From: an uncultured Nitrososphaerota archaeon
GTDB lineage: Archaea; Asgardarchaeota; Njordarchaeia; Njordarchaeales; Njordarchaeaceae
Direction of reading: 5' to 3'
NCBI GenBank assembly: GCA_964518475.1
Contig: CAZFGR010000008.1
Location: forward strand, 1-64,000
DNA: 64,000 nt
Part shown: piece by piece, positions 19,184 to 31,343 of the stretch
Layout of the letters: every line of letters starts with the position of its first letter
How positions within the stretch are numbered: position 1 is the first letter of the stretch
Notes under the pieces: generated by a model
The model's database searches: none
The model's input: only the letters and a program-made list of their open reading frames with translations
What the model was told of the DNA's origin: nothing
Program-made: the position numbers and the translations under genes

Positions 19184-19561
19184 TTAAGCAAGGATCGTTG
19201 AGATAGCAGTTTGCAGTATTCGCTTAAGTTTCTTTTTATTCAATGAGTATACTCGATATTTTCCAACTCTCTCTTCCCTGGTGATTCCCAATTTCTTTAA
19301 CACGGATAAATTATGAGAGACGAGTGTTTGATCAACGTTTAAAATTGAGGTCAAAGCGCATACTGGGAGTGCTGCCTGGGATAGGAGTATTAAGATCAAG
19401 ACCCTTATTCTATTTGAGAACAATTTTTTAATAAGCATTAATTCGTCGATGAGTTTATCATCCGGTTTCTTAAGGACCAAATCTTTAAGATAATTATAGA
19501 TTTCTCCAGAGCACTTATCTCCAAACTTTTTCTTAACTACTTCAACTACATCTATTTTCAT
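19184..19561 (-). CDS. ArsR/SmtB-family transcriptional regulator
   Basis: SNRIRVLIL, LPVCAL, DQTLVSHNLSVLKKLG, RVGKYRVYSL. Confidence 0.9.
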   Translation of the reverse strand: MKIDVVEVVKKKFGDKCSGEIYNYLKDLVLKKPDDKLIDELMLIKKLFSNRIRVLILILLSQAALPVCALTSILNVDQTLVSHNLSVLKKLGITREERVGKYRVYSLNKKKLKRILQTAISTILA

Positions 19562-19610
19562 TATTACCTCCTCTGTCTTAGCAATATATTCATTAAGTTT
19601 TAATTCCTAA

Positions 19611-19665
19611 ATATAAAAGTATCTTCATATGAAAAAAATCTCATATGAAAAAGATTTCATATAAG
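19611..19665. promoter_or_regulatory. Tandem 16-bp ArsR-type operator repeats between divergent arsR and tauE
   Basis: ATATAAAAGTATCTTC|ATATGAAAAAAATCTC|ATATGAAAAAGATTTC|ATATAAG, forming overlapping ATATGAA-n-TTCATAT-like inverted repeats. Confidence 0.7.
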
Positions 19666-19679
19666 AGAAAGTGAGAAAG

Positions 19680-20474
19680 ATGAATCCTATATTATTCTGG
19701 ATTTATATTTTAATTATTGCATTAGTGCCAGGTTTCTTAGCTACATGGTTAGGAGTAGGAGGATGTTTTCTTAGAATCCCAATGCTAATGTATTGGTTGG
19801 GATTAAACATAAAGCAAGCATACTTTGTGAATCAAGCAGTAATAGCCGTTACTACCATTCCGGGCGTAATAGAGCACTATAGGAAAAAACATATATATTT
19901 AAAAGGCACTATCATAGCAGGTATAAGTGCAGCGCTTGGCGTGAGTTTGGGAGCATATATAGTAGCAAAGTATTTACCAACCAATATCTTAAAGATAATT
20001 TTTGGTTTTGCATGTATTGGAATAGGCATCTATGTAGCAAGAAACACCATAAAGATGCGCAAAAAACTTACCAAACGTATAACTATCCAAGAAACTAAGC
20101 AGTTAGAATGTGGTCCTAGATTAATCCTTTTAATGTTTTTAGCGGGATTTGCTACAGGAATCTGTGGGTTTGGAGGAGGTATATACTATCTCCCGATATA
20201 TTTCTTTCTACAATACCCGACTCACGTAGCTATAGGAACCTCAAGCGCTCAAATGATTATTACTGCTAGCATAGGAGCCTCTGTACTGGCATATTATGGA
20301 TTCATGAATATCCTTATACTCGTGTATGTTGGAGTCTTCACCCTTATAGCCTCTTGGATAGGGGCACGTTTATCGGCTAAAACGATGCCATGGATTCTTA
20401 GGATAGTGTATGCGGTCTTAATAATTTTAGCAGGAGGATACGTAGCTATTGATGGGTTAACCCGTGTACTCTGA
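19680..20474 (+). CDS. TauE/SafE sulfite exporter family membrane protein
   Basis: Duplicated GVGGC..IP / GFGGG..YLP motifs, AIGTS, about 8 TM helices. Confidence 0.9.
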   Translation: MNPILFWIYILIIALVPGFLATWLGVGGCFLRIPMLMYWLGLNIKQAYFVNQAVIAVTTIPGVIEHYRKKHIYLKGTIIAGISAALGVSLGAYIVAKYLPTNILKIIFGFACIGIGIYVARNTIKMRKKLTKRITIQETKQLECGPRLILLMFLAGFATGICGFGGGIYYLPIYFFLQYPTHVAIGTSSAQMIITASIGASVLAYYGFMNILILVYVGVFTLIASWIGARLSAKTMPWILRIVYAVLIILAGGYVAIDGLTRVL

Positions 20475-20482
20475 TTATTTTC

Positions 20483-21787
20483 CTACTTTTCCTCTTTTTC
20501 AAAGAGATCTTTCAGTTCTATCTTAATTCCATCAAATTCCCCCTTTATTGTTTTCGCTGCCACACCATATATTGCTTCTCTATTGTTAAGTTTTCTTCTC
20601 AATTCCTGGATTATTTCTTCTGCTTCGCTTGCTTTTAAGTCCCTCCATTTTACTTCTATCGCTAACAATTTATCATCCTCCACGCATACTATATCTATTT
20701 CTCTTTCCTTCTCCCAGTATCGTCCACATCTCCCTAAAATTGGTATCTTTCCAATTCTATACAAGTGTCTTAAGGAATGCCCTACTAAATCTTCGAAGAC
20801 TTTTGGTAAGTAATTATTCATTTGTTCCTTTTTAAACCAGAAAGTTCCCCATTCAATCTTATCCTTGTTCGGGTACACGTACCTGACCCAGAACCTTATG
20901 TAATTGTCCTTAATGACATATATTGGTCGAGCCCTACCAATAATTGGTTTCTCTCTCACTACTATATCTAGTTTCTCTAATACATGGAGATACTTGGACA
21001 GATTTGTGATGTTAACCTTTGCTTTATCCGATATCTTAGAATATGTTGTTGCGCCCTCTTCGATTGCTCTAATAATGTTAAGGTAGATATAGGGATCCCT
21101 AACCTCATATCGCAATAGGTTCTCGGCCTCTTCATAGAGGACTCCACCCTTATTGAAGAAGAGTCTGTTAACGTTTTCCTCAAAGCTTTTCCTCGGGTCA
21201 AATAGTGAGAGGTAATAGGGTATGCTTCCTACACACCCATATACCCTTACTAAATCTTCCAGATCATAGTTTGGGAGGAAATACTTAATATAGATAGGCT
21301 CTAATGGTCCAAGTTTCCACTGACCAGTTCTCCTACCATATAATCCGCTACCATAAGAGAAGCTCTTCTCCACAAGAGTAACCGTGGATGCCACTAGTAT
21401 AAGGAATACAGAGCTCTTGCTTAAGTACTCATCCCAGATCCTCTGCAGAATACTTAACACCCTAGGATCTTCCTCAATCCAGTAAGTAAACTCATCAATT
21501 ACAACCACAATCTTCCCAGCTTCACTAAGTGCTGCGAAAATATTATCGAAGTCTGGCCTTACATATCTCCCTAAAGTGCGTGAAACTGCTTCTGCCAGCC
21601 TCTCTAACTCTAACTTAAGTGGTTGTTTCATAGCATAGAAATAAACTCCTTTCTTATCCTCCATAAATTTCTTAACAAGAACTGTTTTGCCTACCCTTCT
21701 CCTACCATAAATAACTACTAATTGAGCCTTATCCTCCCTATACAAGCTCTCGAGATAGCCTAACTCCTCCTCACGATCAATGAACAT
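20483..21787 (-). CDS. Archaeal ATPase (ATPase_2 + wHTH + DUF234 nuclease-like domain)
   Basis: MFIDREEEL, YGRRRVGKT, VVIDEF, LYGRRTG, EIDIV...AIEVKW. Confidence 0.93.
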   Translation of the reverse strand: MFIDREEELGYLESLYREDKAQLVVIYGRRRVGKTVLVKKFMEDKKGVYFYAMKQPLKLELERLAEAVSRTLGRYVRPDFDNIFAALSEAGKIVVVIDEFTYWIEEDPRVLSILQRIWDEYLSKSSVFLILVASTVTLVEKSFSYGSGLYGRRTGQWKLGPLEPIYIKYFLPNYDLEDLVRVYGCVGSIPYYLSLFDPRKSFEENVNRLFFNKGGVLYEEAENLLRYEVRDPYIYLNIIRAIEEGATTYSKISDKAKVNITNLSKYLHVLEKLDIVVREKPIIGRARPIYVIKDNYIRFWVRYVYPNKDKIEWGTFWFKKEQMNNYLPKVFEDLVGHSLRHLYRIGKIPILGRCGRYWEKEREIDIVCVEDDKLLAIEVKWRDLKASEAEEIIQELRRKLNNREAIYGVAAKTIKGEFDGIKIELKDLFEKEEK

Positions 21788-21796
21788 CTCATCCAA

Positions 21797-21842
21797 TAGT
21801 ATCACCATACTAAGTATCAAAATACTAAGTATTATAATACTT
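21797..21842. repeat. 15-bp-period palindromic ATACTAAGTAT array upstream of the ATPase start
   Basis: Full copies at 21807-21817 and 21822-21832; half copies at 21798-21802 and 21837-21841. Confidence 0.75.
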
Positions 21843-22133
21843 AAAAATTCTAGTGCTCCGAGTTCAGACACTTTTTTAGCAAGTCCTATTTATCTTATAA
21901 GCGAGCCTTTTTCTTGCTTCCTAGGAACCTTCAGGTAACTATCAACGCTTTATCTGCCGTCAAGACAATAGTTTTATAGGAATAAAGAAGTACCAGCTTT
22001 ATATCCAATTTTGTCATAATTATTTCATGAACCTGCTAGCCTCAGCTAGGTGTTAGTAGATAACACAGTGATTTTCTAGGTTTTAATAAGCCCCCATAAG
22101 TTCAATGAAGTTAGGAGATGTCCAAAAAGAATT

Positions 22134-22388
22134 ATGCAGGGCTCGGGGTTTCCTATGTCATATAGGGATCGAGTGATCTTCTTTTGCGTTGGTGATTCAT
22201 CTAGGGTTTTTAGGAGGTTTGGAGCTAATCTCTGGAAACTTTTAAGGGATCCTACTTACCAATCCATTATGTTGACTATTGCTGACGAGCCTTTATTCTT
22301 ATCAGATATCGCTTCGAAAGTTTCTCTCAATAAAGCAGAGGTTTCTAAAAAATTTTCTGACATTTTTTCACGAGTAATGTTTATTTAA
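22134..22388 (+). pseudogene. Probable truncated HTH-protein fragment
   Basis: DPTYQSIMLTIADEPLFLSDIASKVSLNKAEVSK resembles an HTH, but the ORF stops abruptly. Confidence 0.35.
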
Positions 22389-22416
22389 ATGCAAGTCTCG
22401 TGGAGGTTGGGAATAA

Positions 22417-22689
22417 TTGTTTGAGAGTTTCAGATATAATATTACGGATAAACGGGTTATTCTTGAGAATGATTTTCCTAAGAAGTACACTGACTATATT
22501 CTCTTATCGGTAAGTCTCTCCTTTCTTCTTCCCTTACTCATCTTCATTATATTAGTGATTCCCGAGGCTCTAGCAACATTGTTAATGTTCAGCACGCTAG
22601 GAGGTATTCTTAGTGGTTTAATCAAGTTATACTTATTGTTGGTCGCTGGGATCTTTGTCTTTATCGTAATTTATTTCATCAGAGAATGA
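22417..22689 (+). CDS. Small membrane protein or gene fragment
   Basis: Two hydrophobic segments; TTG start. Confidence 0.35.
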   Translation: MFESFRYNITDKRVILENDFPKKYTDYILLSVSLSFLLPLLIFIILVIPEALATLLMFSTLGGILSGLIKLYLLLVAGIFVFIVIYFIRE

Positions 22690-22886
22690 TGCGCATATGT
22701 ATTGGTGCAATAGCTCTCCTAAAGTCAAAAGCACTCTTCATAAAAGTATACTACACATTGGAGGTATAGGTGTCTTAAGGAAGTTAGACATTATAGGTCT
22801 TCTTAACATCGATTCTCGAAATACTTAATAACACTCGATAACCTATCTTATATATCGAGTTAAATTGTGATATTCTGGTGATATAG

Positions 22887-23123
22887 TTGCAATTCGAGGG
22901 AAAAGTCGGGTCAAAAGGAGAGTTGTTTATTCCAAAAAAGCTTAGAGAAGCGTTAGGACTTAAGCCTGGAGTTAAGGTACGGTACAAACTAGTAGGGAAG
23001 AAACTGATAGTTGAGCCGATTCCTAGTATCGAGGATATTCTTACTGAAGACCCAAAAATCGTAATTGATCTTAAAGAATTTCTAGCATTCCGTCGCAAAT
23101 TATCAAAGGTGTTAGAGGATTGA
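22887..23123 (+). CDS. vapB: AbrB/MazE-family antitoxin
   Basis: GKVGSKGELFIPKKLREALGLKPG; 4-nt overlap with the PIN gene. Confidence 0.9.
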   Translation: MQFEGKVGSKGELFIPKKLREALGLKPGVKVRYKLVGKKLIVEPIPSIEDILTEDPKIVIDLKEFLAFRRKLSKVLED

Positions 23124-23596
23124 ATATTCTTCTGGATACTTCATATCTATTACCATTAATCAGAGTGGGTATTAAGGGATTCGAGAGAAAAGACCTCATC
23201 AGGCTATTGGTGAAATATCAGATAAGTATTTCTTCAATTTCAATCTTTGAACTCATTGCTAAAGGAGCTAAATTTGTAGCAAATGGAGTCTTAGACTTAG
23301 AAGATGTTATGGGTGGAATAATTGCTATTCTATCTGATAAACGTATAAGAGTTATTGATTATGTGTCAAACAGGGATATTATTGAGATAAGTATTTTTCT
23401 TAGAAAGCTTATGGATGATTTCATTGATTGCATTATTGTTGCTACAGCACTAGCTGAGACAAATATTCTATTAACTGAAGATAATAATATCCATCAACTC
23501 CAGAACAGTAAGGAATTCTTAAAAATAAGAGAAACTGTAAATGATTCATTACAAATTCTCAACTTGAGACAATTCAAAGCAACATTTAAGATATAG
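23120..23596 (+). CDS. vapC: PIN-domain toxin
   Basis: ILLDTSYL, SIFEL, DFIDCIIVATA, LLTED. Confidence 0.92.
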   Translation: MNILLDTSYLLPLIRVGIKGFERKDLIRLLVKYQISISSISIFELIAKGAKFVANGVLDLEDVMGGIIAILSDKRIRVIDYVSNRDIIEISIFLRKLMDDFIDCIIVATALAETNILLTEDNNIHQLQNSKEFLKIRETVNDSLQILNLRQFKATFKI

Positions 23597-23764
23597 GCAT
23601 AATAGCTAGATCTTGATAAAAGCAAAAAGCAGACAATATCTAGAAGGAGAATAGTTAGACATTCTACGAAGACAACCATACAGTTCCGGAGACTGTATAT
23701 CTTAAATAATAAAATTAGGAAAAAGTTGTAGTGTGGGTTACTTTGAAATTTTTCTGGAGTGTTC

Positions 23765-24760
23765 TCAAATTCCGAGATACCCAGGGGCTTTGGGAAACGG
23801 TATCGCATCTATTATATCTCGTACTCCCGTGATGTATCTGGTTAATCTCTCAACTCCTAGACCTATTCCAGAGCATGGCGGTACCCCACTGTACAATAAT
23901 TCGAATAACCATACGTATTTCCTGGGATCCACTCCTGTTTCTAACATTTTCTTCCTCACTCTCACCGGGTCTACTTCTCTTTCCCCTCCAGACGCTGCCT
24001 CACCAAAACCTTCTGGGTATAGAAGATCCATATCTCTTAATTTGTCTCCTTCTCGTCTATAATAGAATCCTCTAACGTGGGGTGGGTAGTCAACTATCCA
24101 CAGAGGCTCCTCATGTATCTGTGATAAGTATCTCTCCGCTTCCTTAGAAAGCTCACCACTTCTGTCTATTCCATAGCCGGCCTCAGAGACGATTTCTAGA
24201 GCCTTCTCGAATGTTATCACCTTGAATGGCTTATGAGGAACTCTTAAATCTCGTCCAAGGGCCTCCAGTTCCTCGCTGCATTCCTTTTTAACGCGCTCTA
24301 TTGTGTAAATTAATAACTCCTCGGTGAGTCTCATGATATCTTCTCTTGTAACATGGGCTACCTCTATATCTATTTGTCTGAACTCTGATAAACTTGTTGA
24401 GAAGTCATCGAGTCTAGGAGGTTCCTTTCTAATGTTAACAGCGACGTAGAATATTTTGTCATGAATCTTGAGACCAGCAAATTTGTAAAGTATAGCGCTA
24501 GTGACGAGTACGGCCTGCTCATCATAGAACTGTACAGTGAATTCTCGTGCCTCACGAATACCTGGATCCGTTACTGGAGAAACTGCTGGAGCTAGTAGCT
24601 CGACGAAGCCTTTATCGTACAAGAAGTCACGAACAGCTTTCAGTATGACTGCTTGGATACGGAAAACATTCTTATATTCGGGGCGGTCTAGAAAGAGATA
24701 ACGTCTATAAATTCTTAGTTCAGGCACAATCTTTTCTAATGTTTTCGCACTCCACTCCAT
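23765..24760 (-). CDS. Archaeal asparagine synthetase A-like protein (AsnRS catalytic-core paralogue)
   Basis: No anticodon-binding domain; SPVTDPG, NIRKE, EFRQIDIE, DMDLLYPEGFGEAASGGERE, GIGLGVERL. Confidence 0.85.
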   Translation of the reverse strand: MEWSAKTLEKIVPELRIYRRYLFLDRPEYKNVFRIQAVILKAVRDFLYDKGFVELLAPAVSPVTDPGIREAREFTVQFYDEQAVLVTSAILYKFAGLKIHDKIFYVAVNIRKEPPRLDDFSTSLSEFRQIDIEVAHVTREDIMRLTEELLIYTIERVKKECSEELEALGRDLRVPHKPFKVITFEKALEIVSEAGYGIDRSGELSKEAERYLSQIHEEPLWIVDYPPHVRGFYYRREGDKLRDMDLLYPEGFGEAASGGEREVDPVRVRKKMLETGVDPRKYVWLFELLYSGVPPCSGIGLGVERLTRYITGVRDIIDAIPFPKAPGYLGI

Positions 24761-24899
24761 TCACCTCCTGGAGGAGGGGGTCGATTTCTATAAACTCTCT
24801 TAACCATTTAAAACTTTTTCTGAACATTCTTGTCAAAAATTAGTTGAGAATCTCCCCACGAGGTCCCCCTACTTTTACCTATTAGCAACTTTTGGATAA

Positions 24900-26120
24900 T
24901 CATGGTCCTATATGACCCATATATGTTTGAACAATCACCGTTTTTAGTCCGCTCTCCTCAAGTATTTTCTTGACCTTTAACATCTCTTCAACACTCGGTC
25001 TACTGATGTCGAGCCTCCTAAACTCTGGTCTATAGTCCAGAACAACCACTTGAACCTCTGGATCCATACGTGCTATTTTTTCACCAAACTTGTACAGTTT
25101 TTCGAGATTCGGGTAAAAAGCTTTGTTGTACGGTATCCCGATACCAAGAAACACTTCGTGTGGGTAATAATTGTCTATGATGTATTTTACTGCCTTCCAT
25201 GAAGTCTCCAGATATTTTCTTGCTAGAGTATCGTCCGAGATATTAGTGATTATTTTAAAGGTTTCAATATCTACTGCTTTTAGATCTGCCCCAATATCGG
25301 TTACTCCTGCATCCACTAATTCATCTATGTAATCGGGCGTTAGTAGCGTGGTGTTTGTGTCTAGGTGCAACCTCGCCTTCTTATCTGGATTCCTCCTCTT
25401 TAATTCCCTGAAAAATTCTACAAGCCATCTGCGATTAAGTGTTGGTTCTCCTCCACTTATAGCTAATCTATCAACACCATATCTTCTCCTATACAAGGAG
25501 AGAATACCAGCAGCTTCACTAGGAGTAAGAGGCTTCGCATTGCTTTTATAAGTCACTAAAAAGTTTTGGCAAGTAGGGCACCTCAAATTACAGCCAGCCG
25601 CAAAACAAGCAACCTCTACGAAGTAACCACTCCCCTTTACCCAATAGGGAGTGCCCACTCCACCCACTGGGTGCGGTTGGAAACCCTCAACAATTCTTAA
25701 TGGGGTTTTATCAGCTACAGCAGTAAGAATAGTAGTTCCTTCCCGCACAGCAGTATGGCATGAAGGTTTTAATTCACCATCAATGATCAATGCGCACGCG
25801 TAACAACCCCCAGTTTCACAAGGAGAAAAAATGGCTCCCTTCTCTGGAAACTTCGTGAATCTATACCCAATGATTTCTAATGCCTTTTTAACAGTAATGT
25901 AAGCCGGTACCGAGAATTCCATGTTATCCACTATTATCCTTACAGTCTCTCTCCACTCCGTATCTATTTCCTCTCTTATAGCCATATTAGGACATGCAAG
26001 ATAGCAAGATGCACAACCTATGCACCTATTAGGGGATGGACAAGCAACTATGCTCCTACAGATTCCACAATTTACGCACTCCCTCGAATCCCTAGAGTAC
26101 TTCTTAAATATTACACTCAT
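24900..26120 (-). CDS. Radical SAM protein (PFL-activase-like) with N-terminal ferredoxin-like Cys motifs
   Basis: CVNCGIC, CIGCASCYLACP, CETGGCYAC..C; CNLRCPTC, SGGEP, DTN, DLK. Confidence 0.88.
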   Translation of the reverse strand: MSVIFKKYSRDSRECVNCGICRSIVACPSPNRCIGCASCYLACPNMAIREEIDTEWRETVRIIVDNMEFSVPAYITVKKALEIIGYRFTKFPEKGAIFSPCETGGCYACALIIDGELKPSCHTAVREGTTILTAVADKTPLRIVEGFQPHPVGGVGTPYWVKGSGYFVEVACFAAGCNLRCPTCQNFLVTYKSNAKPLTPSEAAGILSLYRRRYGVDRLAISGGEPTLNRRWLVEFFRELKRRNPDKKARLHLDTNTTLLTPDYIDELVDAGVTDIGADLKAVDIETFKIITNISDDTLARKYLETSWKAVKYIIDNYYPHEVFLGIGIPYNKAFYPNLEKLYKFGEKIARMDPEVQVVVLDYRPEFRRLDISRPSVEEMLKVKKILEESGLKTVIVQTYMGHIGP

Positions 26121-26195
26121 AGAATGCCCTGTTCCAAAACAATCAATCTCTTATAACATACTTTTGTTTATGAAATATAGTTTTCTATTGAGTTT

Positions 26196-27104
26196 TTGAA
26201 AACTATGACGGAGAGTATTATTATGTATAACAAAATCATTAAGACAGCTACCTTTTCTATTGTGGCTGCTGATCTTGAAAAGGGTGATTGGGGAGTAGCA
26301 GTCTCATCCAAATTCATAGCAGTAGGTGCTCTTGTTCCATGGGCAAAAGCTAAGGTTGGAGCCATAGCTACGCAGGCATGGGCGAATATTTCTTTTGGTC
26401 CCAGAGGTTTAGAACTTCTAGCCAAAGGCTTATCTGCTAAAGAAGTTTTGGATAAATTGCTGGCTGACGATGATATGCGAGATCACCGCCAAGTAGGTAT
26501 TGTGGATTGGAAGGGTGAAGTAGCTGCATGGACTGGTCCCAAATGCTTCGGATGGGCTGGACACGTTATTGGTGAACACTATGTGGCCCTTGGAAATATT
26601 CTAGCAGGACCCGAAGTAGTTGAGGCTATGGCGAAGGCCTTTGAGACAACCAAGGGTGAGCTGGTTGATAAGCTTTTAGCAGCTTTGGAGGCGGGGGATA
26701 ATGCTGGTGGGGATAGGAGGGGGAAACAGTCCGCGGCGATACTAGTGGTTAGGGAGAAGGGTGGTTACGGAGGTTATACTGACCGGTACGTTGATCTGAG
26801 AGTTGATGATCATCCGGAGCCGGTGAAGGAGCTGAAACGAATATTCAGGATATGGGATCTTACTCTCCTCTCCAGGGAGGATCCTAGTGATGTAGTTAAG
26901 TTAGAGGACGTGGCCGAGAAGATTCAATTAGCTCTTAAGAAGCTCGGTTATTACAAAGGAGAAGTAACGGGGAAGCTAGATGAAGAGACGTTAAAAGCAT
27001 TGGAGAATTGGATGCTTATAAACAATTTCGAGAATAAAATGAGGAAGGACGGGTATATTTGGGGAAGCATCTATAGATACCTAATGGATCTAGCAGGATT
27101 ATGA
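26196..27104 (+). CDS. DUF1028 family Ntn-hydrolase-like protein with C-terminal PG-binding-like domain
   Basis: TFSIVA, GAIATQA, RQVGIVD, GGDRRGKQSAA, DLRVDDHPEP, NNFENK. Confidence 0.9.
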   Translation: MKTMTESIIMYNKIIKTATFSIVAADLEKGDWGVAVSSKFIAVGALVPWAKAKVGAIATQAWANISFGPRGLELLAKGLSAKEVLDKLLADDDMRDHRQVGIVDWKGEVAAWTGPKCFGWAGHVIGEHYVALGNILAGPEVVEAMAKAFETTKGELVDKLLAALEAGDNAGGDRRGKQSAAILVVREKGGYGGYTDRYVDLRVDDHPEPVKELKRIFRIWDLTLLSREDPSDVVKLEDVAEKIQLALKKLGYYKGEVTGKLDEETLKALENWMLINNFENKMRKDGYIWGSIYRYLMDLAGL

Positions 27105-27211
27105 AAAACAATTTTTTTCTTACTTATTTTTAGAGTATGTTTTCCAGATTCTTATCTCATCAGCCCGCCAAAAATAGTGTCTAAAAAAGTGGTTTTCATC
27201 TAGGAGTTATT

Positions 27212-28324
27212 CTATACTTGTATTCCTAGGAGGGTTGTGGCTAGTTTACCTATTGTGTAAGTGGCTAAGGTTGCTCCCAGGATTATTGCTACGTTCTCGA
27301 GGGCTTTTCTACCAATCTTGCTTCCTGAGAGGATTGCTGCGAAAATTCCTGCTAGGAAGGAGATTATTGATGCTAGGAGTACCGAGATGATTGCTATGTA
27401 GATTACGTCTATGGATAACCAGTGCCCAATGAAGAAGGGGGTTATTGCTGGGAGTGCGCCTAAGATATAGTAGAGACCCGTGGTGGTGGCTACTTCTTTG
27501 GGATTTGTTGGAGTTTCTGATATGCTTAGACTCTTGGTTAGGGTTTCTAGTGTGGTGGGATCTTCCTTCACTGCCTCAACAATTTTCTCGATAACCTCGA
27601 TGTTCGCTCCCTTGTTCTCAAGCGCCTCTCTCAAATCCTCTGCCAAGACTTCAGGCATGATTATTCTCTTAGCCTCTATCTCTTTTAATGATCCTTTGTA
27701 AACATCGTTCTGGCTCTTAGCTGATAAATAAGCACCAGAAGTCATCGAAAAAGTACCGCCTATGGAGGATATCAATCCAGCGAGGCCTATTGCTAATGGG
27801 TTCGAAATAACTCCCGCAAGACCTATCACGAGGGCGAGTATCTCTACGAGAGAATCCGTCATGCCATATATGGCGTCCTTAACTTTTGCGATTTTGGATT
27901 CTTCTCCCATTATTTTCTTAGCGAGTTCTGATTCGTGTTTTATCTCGTCTATAATGATTTCTTTTACTTGTTTGTACAGCTCTGGCTCATCTTTCAGTTT
28001 CGATAACATATTGGAATAGCTTATTGTAGCGTCTTTTTCCCCAAACTCTAAATAATAAATCATGAAGGTAATTGGTGTGATAGTGGCTAAAACCTTGTTG
28101 AGAAGTTTCTTAATTCTTAGCTTGAGTCCTGGAGTGAGTTTTACACCAAAACGTTCATTGGCGAGGCGGGCCCAGAACTCGGCATGTTTTTTCTCCATCT
28201 GAGCCAATTCGAAGAATGTCTCTTCTTTGCTTTTCTTACCTAAAAAGGAATAGATATCTTGAGCTAGGACCTCGTCTTCCCAAAAACTCTTTATTATTTC
28301 TAGATCCAAGCCCGCTAGTGGCAT
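27212..28324 (-). CDS. Rubrerythrin/ferritin-like domain fused to VIT1/CCC1 transporter
   Basis: DE, EKKH, E, DEIKHE di-iron ligands; KDAIYGMTDSLVE, FSMTSGAYLS. Confidence 0.9.
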   Translation of the reverse strand: MPLAGLDLEIIKSFWEDEVLAQDIYSFLGKKSKEETFFELAQMEKKHAEFWARLANERFGVKLTPGLKLRIKKLLNKVLATITPITFMIYYLEFGEKDATISYSNMLSKLKDEPELYKQVKEIIIDEIKHESELAKKIMGEESKIAKVKDAIYGMTDSLVEILALVIGLAGVISNPLAIGLAGLISSIGGTFSMTSGAYLSAKSQNDVYKGSLKEIEAKRIIMPEVLAEDLREALENKGANIEVIEKIVEAVKEDPTTLETLTKSLSISETPTNPKEVATTTGLYYILGALPAITPFFIGHWLSIDVIYIAIISVLLASIISFLAGIFAAILSGSKIGRKALENVAIILGATLATYTIGKLATTLLGIQV

Positions 28325-28362
28325 ATTTTTATCCCCCTCGAAAAACGTTTATGATCCTTGGA

Positions 28363-31218
<2,856 letters not shown>

Positions 31219-31343
31219 GCCTTAGCCTCCAGAAAAAGATTATTCCTAAAAACTAAAAACATATTTTTAAAAATTTAACCAATTAGGATCAAGATAAAAT
31301 CTAAACGAGACTCTTTCTATATTTTTCCTCTTCTAATCTAACT

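Noticed and set aside
21788-21871. Hydrophobic N-terminal extension (signal peptide) on the ATPase
   Set aside because: It comes from translating the upstream DNA repeat array; the family starts at MFIDRE
21900-22060. Possible PIN-domain remnant on the minus strand (VLTADKAL)
   Set aside because: Only one short motif; not enough support without a search
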